From contig JBHLRS010000064.1 of NCBI GenBank assembly GCA_048882325.1, forward strand, positions 1 through 12,413: 12,413 nt of DNA. The letters are read 5' to 3'. Each line of letters begins with the position of its first letter. Positions within the stretch are counted from its first letter, which is position 1. Both the position numbers and the translations under genes were made by a program. The notes beneath the pieces were generated by a model. It worked only from the letters and a program-made list of their open reading frames with translations, ran no database searches and had not been told where the DNA came from. Below, piece by piece: positions 1 through 6,006 of the stretch. This DNA is from Candidatus Thorarchaeota archaeon. Lineage in GTDB: Archaea; Asgardarchaeota; Thorarchaeia; Thorarchaeales; Thorarchaeaceae.

Positions 1-92
1 CTACCTGCAAACTCCAGAATCTGGTTCTGCTGCAAATAACCATCTAGGTCCTCAACATTGAGAGAGGGCTTCTTCTTGCGGCGAAAACTCAT
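1..92 (-). CDS. N-terminal fragment of a hypothetical protein (MSFRRKKKPSLNVEDLDGYLQQNQILEFAG...), running off the left edge
   Basis: ATG at 92-90 with a GAGGA Shine-Dalgarno-like site at 105-101. The frame is open to the window edge and is divergent from 212-754. Not in the ORF track because it is truncated. Confidence 0.75.
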   Translation of the reverse strand, partial: MSFRRKKKPSLNVEDLDGYLQQNQILEFAG

Positions 93-211
93 TGCATTAT
101 TCCTCAGTAAATTGTGACGTTTGAGGGTATGCTTAGCATTGGATTTATTTGTTGGGGAATACAACTCAAAGTGAGTAAACAGAGTATTTCTTGTAAACAT
201 AGTCAAATGGG

Positions 212-754
212 GTGTCTGGTTTCGTGAACCGAGTCTTGATTGATTGTTTTGATGCAAATGGATTCTATGAGGAAAACTACAAACGAATTATCCTTGTAAT
301 GTCCAAACTAACGCATTCCAAGCAGTTGGATCGAGAGTGGGTTTCATCTCAGGCTGTTGGTGGTACCTGGGCAAGATCAATCAGATGCGATTTTGAAACT
401 GATACAGATGCACGCACGATTAAGGAACTCATGCTGGGTCTGGAGTATTGTGGTCTAAATGAGGTTCCACTAGCTATACATCCCACAGGCAACCAAGAGG
501 TTTTCAGATTTGCAGATATTGATGTGCTTGATATTGTAGGATCAGAAAATAGTGCTAGAAGACGAATTGCAGGTCGTCTGAAGGTCGCTGAAAAGAAGAT
601 TAGCCTTGGAGATGTACGAAAAGGGGATTCTGATACTGAATATGTACTTACCTGTAGAAAGAACCTAATTGATAGTCTTGATGAAATGACGCGTCAGGAC
701 CTTTTCGAACTTGAGCAGATTATTTTTAATCAGCTCTTAAGGACAGTTGTGTGA
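212..754 (+). CDS. Hypothetical protein, possibly a divergent CitX-like (phosphoribosyl-dephospho-CoA transferase-like) protein
   Basis: 180-aa ORF with a GTG start. DARTIKELMLGLE...RFADIDVL...KISLGD resembles the CitX core (xARxLKxxxxxLE...RLxDIDVL...SRxD). The C-terminal CxxC of CitX is missing. The CDS is well supported, the function is tentative. Confidence 0.55.
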   Translation: MSGFVNRVLIDCFDANGFYEENYKRIILVMSKLTHSKQLDREWVSSQAVGGTWARSIRCDFETDTDARTIKELMLGLEYCGLNEVPLAIHPTGNQEVFRFADIDVLDIVGSENSARRRIAGRLKVAEKKISLGDVRKGDSDTEYVLTCRKNLIDSLDEMTRQDLFELEQIIFNQLLRTVV

Positions 755-805
755 GAATTCAGACACCAATTTTCTGGCAATACGTTAATTTTCAAGAAGA
801 ATTGA

Positions 806-839
806 GTATGCCAAGATTTCAGTCAAAACCTTGGCATGC
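806..839. terminator. Inverted repeat/hairpin between convergent genes, candidate terminator or 3' stabilising stem
   Basis: GTATGCCAAGATTT (806-819) pairs with AAACCTTGGCATGC (826-839) with one mismatch and one G-U pair around a 6-nt loop. It lies 11 nt past the stop of 851-2077 (-) and about 50 nt past the stop of 212-754 (+). Confidence 0.5.
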
Positions 840-850
840 CCACTATTGTG

Positions 851-2077
851 TTAGTCATACCCTAATGATGGAATTCTGGCAAGGAAGTTCATGAAATATC
901 CGATGAGCACAGATACTACAAGACCAGCCGTAGTTGTCAGGAGCACAAACACCCAATCGGGAGTTGCACCATAGAACATCTGCATGATGGACCAATAGAT
1001 ACCAGCTAGAGTCATTCCAGAAAAAGCCACTTTCTTTAGTGGAACCTTTACGGTCTTTGTCTGCAGTGCGCCCATGTCAACCAATGCTGCAGCCAAGGCG
1101 CCGGCCTTGTCACGCTTGAGTCTTAGCTTTTTCCCAAGTTGCCCTACTGTGACTTTCGATTTCGGTCGTATGGCATTGAGAGCCCTTGGAGCATAGTCTG
1201 CAATATCTTGTGAGAAGTGCTTAATCGCTCCAACTGTATCGATTCCACATTTACTGCAGCTTGGAGAATCCTTCTTCCACTTCCGACCACATTGAGGACA
1301 TTGTTTTCCATCCCATGCATTATCCGCAGCGGCACTCACACGACGTATGAGCTCCTCTCTGTCAATTTCCTCGCCGCCTTTCTTTGGCTTTCTCCGAAGA
1401 ACTACAGCAGAAGGAAAGATGCCAACATCGGATCCTCGTTTTGCGCCCTTCATCTTTCGTGCAGCCATGATTCCTCTTTGGAACTCATCCAGAGAGAGAA
1501 TTAATGAAAATACAGACATGACTGCAAAACCAGCAGTAATCATACCGGTGACAGAGAAAAGAACACCAAGACCAGTTGGTCCGATTCGAAGTACAAAATC
1601 TACACTAACGGTTTTATTCACAGATGGAGAAGTTGTATTGGAATAAGTGAATGCAACAAAACCAGTCACTGTACCTGAAACTAATGTGATGTTCCCAAAG
1701 GTGAACAAAGGCGACAGATCTATTGGGTTAAGAGAAAATGTGTCGCTGAAACCATCAGGTAATACACCCAAGTAGTTAAGGTCAGTTGGATCAGGATTGA
1801 TGATTGGAATTGACATATACGACATCTGGAATTTCGCCTCATGAAGTGTCAGATTGGTTTCTGTAAGTACACTGACATTGATCAAAATGGGTTCCGATAC
1901 ATCCAATTGTATTGTATCATTTCCCGCACTCATTCCATTAATTTCCAACAATACACCAAGATTGTTATCACCACTCCAACCAGCTGGTGGTGCTGCCTGA
2001 GCGGGTATGAACATCATAGACCATAATAGACAGACTAGTGTAAACATAAAGAGAGAATGTGGTAGCGTCCTTCGCAC
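851..2077 (-). CDS. Receptor-like membrane protein: signal peptide, beta-rich ectodomain, TM, C4 zinc ribbon, winged-helix-like domain, two C-terminal TMs
   Basis: GTG start with a GGAGG RBS. Hydrophobic N-terminus ending AQA/A. Six N-X-S/T sequons in aa 53-156. TM at about aa 170-196. CPQC-x10-CSKC at aa 260-277. wHTH-like pattern VTVGQLGKKLRLKRDKAGALAAALVDMGALQT. Hydrophobic segments at about aa 350-369 and 375-400. Confidence 0.8.
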   Translation of the reverse strand: MRRTLPHSLFMFTLVCLLWSMMFIPAQAAPPAGWSGDNNLGVLLEINGMSAGNDTIQLDVSEPILINVSVLTETNLTLHEAKFQMSYMSIPIINPDPTDLNYLGVLPDGFSDTFSLNPIDLSPLFTFGNITLVSGTVTGFVAFTYSNTTSPSVNKTVSVDFVLRIGPTGLGVLFSVTGMITAGFAVMSVFSLILSLDEFQRGIMAARKMKGAKRGSDVGIFPSAVVLRRKPKKGGEEIDREELIRRVSAAADNAWDGKQCPQCGRKWKKDSPSCSKCGIDTVGAIKHFSQDIADYAPRALNAIRPKSKVTVGQLGKKLRLKRDKAGALAAALVDMGALQTKTVKVPLKKVAFSGMTLAGIYWSIMQMFYGATPDWVFVLLTTTAGLVVSVLIGYFMNFLARIPSLGYD

Positions 2078-2116
2078 TTCTAACTTGCCTCCTAAAGGCT
2101 CTCGTAGTTAGAAACG
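2075..2116 (-). promoter_or_regulatory. Predicted mRNA stem-loop covering the RBS and GTG start of 851-2077 (alternatively a DNA inverted-repeat operator)
   Basis: The minus strand reads CGTTTCTAACT-ACGAGA-GCCT-TTAGG-AGGC-A-AGTTAGAAGTG. The 11-bp outer stem (8 perfect pairs, 2 G-U, 1 C-G) includes the start codon. The inner 4-bp stem includes part of GGAGG. Confidence 0.45.
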
Positions 2117-2131
2117 TCTGGACCTTTGCCT

Positions 2132-2536
2132 TTAACTGTTATTGGCTTTGAAGTCCCCGCCCATTGCCTCTTCGATTTCCCTGTCGAACTCATCATCATC
2201 GTCTGGTTCAAAGATGACGTGTCTTTTTACTTCACTATCAGGCAGCACAGCCCAGTTTGCTGTCGCTCCTAAGATATATCCACCGAGAAATGACATGACT
2301 AGTAGCAGCAAATCGAAGGATGTTATCTCACTGGGTAGAAAAGGAGTTGTCGGTGCTAGAGTTAGTGCCACTAGACCCGTTATCATGCCCCCAAAGACAC
2401 TAATGATAACACCAAGACCAGCACGGTAGCTAAAACCGAGGCTAGACATACCTCCAATTGCGTAGCCAAATAGAAGTCCCATGAAAATTCCAGCAATTCC
2501 TAAGGTAGCGATATCAAGAACCGGTGTGATTTGCAT
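2132..2536 (-). CDS. Small 3-TM glycine-rich membrane protein with an acidic C-terminal tail
   Basis: ATG with GGAGG just upstream. Three hydrophobic segments with GxxxG/small-residue motifs (GIFMGLLFG, SVFGGMITG, SFLGGYILG). Tail EPDDDDEFDREIEEAM. Confidence 0.8.
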   Translation of the reverse strand: MQITPVLDIATLGIAGIFMGLLFGYAIGGMSSLGFSYRAGLGVIISVFGGMITGLVALTLAPTTPFLPSEITSFDLLLLVMSFLGGYILGATANWAVLPDSEVKRHVIFEPDDDDEFDREIEEAMGGDFKANNS

Positions 2537-2619
2537 GACTTTTCCTCCGCGGCATGTCTAAGATTCGCAGATGTCCTCATTAATTCTTTTGCATAAGCAT
2601 TGACAAAGATTAAGCAGAA

Positions 2620-3162
2620 CTACCAACCATTCCAGTGTACAATCTCTGAGAGTTCTTTACGCCTTCTGGGAGCATTCTCCTTCGCCCGTGTTCGCACATC
2701 CAACAAATCAGGATCTCCTTCATAACCAAAGAAGACTACTGTCGCAATTCGATACTCATCTGGAATTCCAGTTATCTCCTTGAGATTCTCTTCATTCCAA
2801 CCTGCAGTTGGGTGTCCTAATAGTCCCAGATGAACTGCCTGAAGAAGCATGTTCTGAACAGCCAGACCAACATCCATCATGAAGTAAGGCAGATTATGAG
2901 ATGAGCAACCTCCATCTTCTCTTGCCGCAACAATGATCATCAACGGAGCTGCCTTTGCATAAGCATTTCCTCGACTCAGAGTTTCATGCGCTTTAGCAAG
3001 GACATCTGGGTCACGCAAAACGACAAAATTCCATGCCTGTGCGTTGAAACAGGATGGAGCCCATCTCCCAGCCTCCAAGATAGATTCCAACATCTCGTCA
3101 GAAATAGGTTTGTCAGAAAAAGCTCTTCCACTACGTCTCTTCATAATCTCTTCAAGTATCAT
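2620..3162 (-). CDS. Nitroreductase family (FMN-dependent) protein
   Basis: RRSGRAFS FMN-binding motif, AGRWAPSCFNAQAWNF, DVGLAVQNMLLQAVHLGL, and a C-terminal RKELSEIVHWNGW. Confidence 0.95.
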   Translation of the reverse strand: MILEEIMKRRSGRAFSDKPISDEMLESILEAGRWAPSCFNAQAWNFVVLRDPDVLAKAHETLSRGNAYAKAAPLMIIVAAREDGGCSSHNLPYFMMDVGLAVQNMLLQAVHLGLLGHPTAGWNEENLKEITGIPDEYRIATVVFFGYEGDPDLLDVRTRAKENAPRRRKELSEIVHWNGW

Positions 3163-3189
3163 ATATTACCCCACAAACTGGTCCATTCG

Positions 3190-3357
3190 TCACTCTTTGA
3201 TAGCCATTACAGTACCACAGTGTTCTGGAATATCCTGTTGTCCACAAGTTGCACCCATCCAGCAGACGAGCTGATCACCTTCGATGTGCATTTCCTTTCC
3301 ACAATGGACCGGAACAGAAACCTCTGCTCCACACTTTGCACAGACTAATTTCCCCAT
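3190..3357 (-). CDS. 55-aa tandem Cys/His metal-binding miniprotein, desulforedoxin-like pattern (MGKLVCAKCGAEVSVPVHCGKEMHIEGDQLVCWMGATCGQQDIPEHCGTVMAIKE)
   Basis: ATG at 3357 with an AGGTGA RBS at 3369-3364 and TGA at 3192-3190. Two copies of LVC-x2/x5-CG-x5/x4-PxHCGxxM. It fills the gap between the acyl-CoA dehydrogenase and nitroreductase genes and is too short for the supplied ORF track. Confidence 0.9.
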   Translation of the reverse strand: MGKLVCAKCGAEVSVPVHCGKEMHIEGDQLVCWMGATCGQQDIPEHCGTVMAIKE

Positions 3358-3393
3358 AATTATTCACCTATCAGTAAAGCTCGATTTAATGAT

Positions 3394-3417
3394 AGTTTTG
3401 TATTAAGTTTTGTATTA
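3394..3417. repeat. Perfect 12-bp tandem direct repeat (AGTTTTGTATTA x2), candidate operator
   Basis: Copies at 3394-3405 and 3406-3417, bracketed by the inverted hexamers ATAGTT (3392-3397) and AACTAT (3417-3422), in the AT-rich intergenic region upstream of 3190-3357. Confidence 0.7.
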
Positions 3418-3420
3418 ACT

Positions 3421-3428
3421 ATATTTAA
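3421..3428 (-). promoter_or_regulatory. Candidate archaeal TATA box (TTAAATAT) for the miniprotein-nitroreductase unit
   Basis: TATA-like octamer on the minus strand, immediately upstream of the direct repeat and about 65 nt upstream of the ATG at 3357. Confidence 0.4.
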
Positions 3429-3458
3429 CATTGTTGATGTTTCCATAACAGTTCCCGA

Positions 3459-4718
3459 TTATGTTGGATAGTATTTGTCAGGTTCTTCAGAGTAGACCTT
3501 CTCAACTGTCTTGTGAGCCCCAGGAGTGTCAAGTTCAACATCTCTCTTCAATGATTTGTCCTCCGATAAAATCTCCCCGAAGACTTCGTTTTGGATGATG
3601 AGTCTCTGAACCTCATTACTTCCAGTCCATATGGTGGCCAAGCGAGCGTCTCGATACAATCGTTCGATTGGATAGACATCGGTATACCCAATACCACCTA
3701 GTATCTGCATTGCCTCGTGTACAGCTGAAAAACCAGCCTCGGTTGCAAATACTTTGGCTTGGGACACCTCTTTTCTGCACCATTCTCCAGTGTCTGCCTT
3801 CTTTCCAGCCCGATAGACGAGCCCTCTTGCTGCATCCAATTGGGTTGTGCAGTCTGCAACCTTGAAACTTATAGCTTCGAATTTCTTGATAGCTCGTCCA
3901 AAGGCTTCTCTTTTGTCTGCATATCTGACTGCGATTTCAATAGCGGCCCGGCCCATTCCTATTGGACCTGCAGCAGATGTCAGTCTCTCAGGCACCATCA
4001 TCACATTGAAGACTGAGTTTCCGTCATGAAGTTCTCCCACCAGGTTTGATTTGGGAACCTCGAGATCCTTCATCACAATTCGTGCTGCACCCATGCCACG
4101 GCAACCCATCAGTTCATACTCTTCCTCAACCTTGACACCCATATCTCTATCAATCAAGAATGCACTGAGGGATTTGTGTGGCGGTGCTTCAAAGTTGGTC
4201 TTTGCATATACCAAGAAATAGTCAGCTCCTATACCACCTGCAACAAACCGTTTCTCACCATTCACAATGAACATGTCATCCTTTTTGACTGCGGTAGTAT
4301 TAGTGCCAAAGAAGTCTGAGCCTCCCCGAGGTTCTGTCAAGCCTTCTCCGCAGATCTTCTTTCCCTGAAGTGTCGGAAGCAGATATTCCTTCTTTTGTTC
4401 TGGCGTTCCAAACTTGTTGATTGCTTCACCAACTATACTCGGGAGAGAGTAAGCACAGCCAAGGGCAATTCCAAGAACTCCAATCTCCTCAAGCGCAAGC
4501 ATCTCTGAGACCCATCCCAGACCACGGCCACCATATTCCTTTGGAAACCGTAGTCCAAGAAGGTTCTTTTTGGCGGCTGCTTTGATGAACTCGTAGGGAT
4601 ATTCTTTCTCCTTGCTGTCCATAGCAAGGATTAGGTTTCTGTCAACATTGTCCCTCACAAACCTACGCACTTCATCTCGAATACTGATTTCATCTTCATC
4701 TAGTAGAATGTCGAACAT
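3459..4718 (-). CDS. Acyl-CoA dehydrogenase family protein
   Basis: PKEYGGRG, LTEPRGGSD, VNGEKRFV, YADKREAFGRAI, AMQILGGIGY, ERLYRDAR and IWTGSNEVQRLII motifs. GAGGT RBS 6 nt upstream of the ATG. Confidence 0.97.
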   Translation of the reverse strand: MFDILLDEDEISIRDEVRRFVRDNVDRNLILAMDSKEKEYPYEFIKAAAKKNLLGLRFPKEYGGRGLGWVSEMLALEEIGVLGIALGCAYSLPSIVGEAINKFGTPEQKKEYLLPTLQGKKICGEGLTEPRGGSDFFGTNTTAVKKDDMFIVNGEKRFVAGGIGADYFLVYAKTNFEAPPHKSLSAFLIDRDMGVKVEEEYELMGCRGMGAARIVMKDLEVPKSNLVGELHDGNSVFNVMMVPERLTSAAGPIGMGRAAIEIAVRYADKREAFGRAIKKFEAISFKVADCTTQLDAARGLVYRAGKKADTGEWCRKEVSQAKVFATEAGFSAVHEAMQILGGIGYTDVYPIERLYRDARLATIWTGSNEVQRLIIQNEVFGEILSEDKSLKRDVELDTPGAHKTVEKVYSEEPDKYYPT

Positions 4719-4721
4719 AAT

Positions 4722-5072
4722 CTAACCTCTGGTTCCTTCTAGTAGAGAATTGAGTGTGTCATCAGACCCCCTCTCTCTCTCAATACTAATGGCTTCAACA
4801 GGACAAACAATCTCACATACAAGGCAAAGAATACAGTCATCCTCACGGATAGGATCCACAACTGGGCGGCCTGATCTGTCATGTATCAAATCAAACACAT
4901 GAGTTGGACACGCGTTTATACACTTCTCACAGCTATAGCACAGTGAAAAGTCAACGCCTACAAGACTTCCGTGGATTTCATCTACTTCGCTATCTGGCGA
5001 TTGCCATACAGGATGACCAAAATGGTCTCTTACTGTCTTCCATCGTTCTCTGAATATCCTATCGATTGGCAC
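4722..5072 (-). CDS. Dicluster ferredoxin of the zinc-containing (Zfx-like) type, predicted 2x[4Fe-4S]
   Basis: CYSCEKCINACP and CILCLVCEIVCP. The N-terminal extension PID...DHFGHPVW...IHGSLVGVDF and the VDP motif match the His,His,His,Asp zinc site of thermoacidophile ferredoxins. Confidence 0.9.
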   Translation of the reverse strand: MPIDRIFRERWKTVRDHFGHPVWQSPDSEVDEIHGSLVGVDFSLCYSCEKCINACPTHVFDLIHDRSGRPVVDPIREDDCILCLVCEIVCPVEAISIERERGSDDTLNSLLEGTRG

Positions 5073-5135
5073 AGAGAAACAGAATACAGGGTTCCTTTTA
5101 GAGAATGTGGAAACAAGTTTAGCTAGACATGGATT

Positions 5136-5894
5136 CTATTTGAAACTGGTTCTGTAGTCATGTAGTAATTCAGCTAATCGCCTTGCGGACACCACTAGGT
5201 TATTCCAAAACTTCTCAGCATCTTCAGGACCTGATAGTCTGAACTCAATATCGAAGTTGTGTGGACCATAACTGGGAATCCACCCAGTTATGTCAGCGAG
5301 TGTGAATAGGTGAGCGCTGGATCGTGGATATACTCGCTCATCGAACATCACATACGGTAGATATGCTTCCCTGTTACGATGGTCTTTTACTAACCCTGAA
5401 CAGCTTTGGGTTGTCGGGAATCCAAGTTCATTGAGCTCCTTGATGTGAGCTCTAATCGACTCATCAATGGTGTAAAGGAACTCGTCAACATGTATCAATT
5501 CATGAAGCGGGCCTTCCCAATTTTGCCGGTACCATTTGAGTTCGTGATATACCCAATGAGTGCTTGGAATAATGCCATGTGTCAGTCCCTGCCTATATTG
5601 TTCCATGGAGTCTAGTATCTCCTTTGCAACAGACAGCAGTTTCATCCAGGATTCCTGTAGATTATTTACTTGTCCCACTAAAACAACATTCCCTTCTGAA
5701 TCAAGCGTTGGTTTCCATTGCGAAGCATCAGCAATCGTAAACAAGTGTGCTTCGAAACCAGGATACCCATTTCGCTCGAACTCAATGACAGGTGAGTTGG
5801 TTGAGCTTTCATCAAAAGCCAAACTGTAGCTACGTATTGCTAAATCAAATTTGGCAAGAGACTTAATCTCCCTCTCAACTTCTTCAGAAGTCAT
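5136..5894 (-). CDS. Hypothetical protein made of two tandem homologous domains, with a TYW3-like IDxxI...LN...TTxSCSG motif in the second
   Basis: 252-aa ORF. AHLFTIAD (aa 49-56) repeats as AHLFTLAD (aa 194-201). IDESIRAHIKELNELGFPTTQSCSG at aa 143-167. Confidence 0.75.
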   Translation of the reverse strand: MTSEEVEREIKSLAKFDLAIRSYSLAFDESSTNSPVIEFERNGYPGFEAHLFTIADASQWKPTLDSEGNVVLVGQVNNLQESWMKLLSVAKEILDSMEQYRQGLTHGIIPSTHWVYHELKWYRQNWEGPLHELIHVDEFLYTIDESIRAHIKELNELGFPTTQSCSGLVKDHRNREAYLPYVMFDERVYPRSSAHLFTLADITGWIPSYGPHNFDIEFRLSGPEDAEKFWNNLVVSARRLAELLHDYRTSFK

Positions 5895-6006
5895 CTGTAT
5901 TTTCCAGCGACTCTTCTAGATGTCCACGCTTATGTATTCTTCACTCTTTCTCGAAGTGATTAAATGGGAGAGTGTCCAGCATTATTCGAGAAGGGATATT
6001 CAACTA

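Noticed and set aside
69-92. NLS-like RRKKKP at the N-terminus of the truncated gene
   Set aside because: Short basic clusters are common and the rest of the protein is not visible.
129-139. Short palindrome ATGCT-T-AGCAT in the divergent promoter region
   Set aside because: Arms of 5 bp are expected by chance in a window of this size.
752-839. Selenocysteine read-through of the TGA at 752-754 with the 806-839 hairpin as a SECIS element
   Set aside because: The frame hits another stop shortly after, there is no redox motif at the TGA, and the hairpin lacks recognisable SECIS features.
1700-1730. IDLSPLF in the receptor ectodomain, identical to a segment of the LRR protein
   Set aside because: Single occurrence with no LRR periodicity, treated as coincidence.
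2150-2210. Ubiquitin-interacting motif or ESCRT MIM-like motif in the tail DDDDEFDREIEEAM
   Set aside because: It lacks the conserved Ala/Ser of UIMs and the Leu/Arg pattern of MIM1. Only the acidic amphipathic character is supported.
1144-2429. Short ORFs at 1144-1335, 1217-1504, 1347-1646, 1841-2026 and 2142-2429
   Set aside because: They are nested in or antisense to well-supported membrane protein genes and show no recognisable motifs.
2986-3348. Plus-strand ORFs 2986-3348 and 3044-3274
   Set aside because: They are antisense to the nitroreductase and to the 55-aa miniprotein, which has an RBS and an internal repeat.
3394-3417. CRISPR array or IS terminal repeat
   Set aside because: Only two adjacent 12-bp units, with no spacers and no cas or transposase genes.
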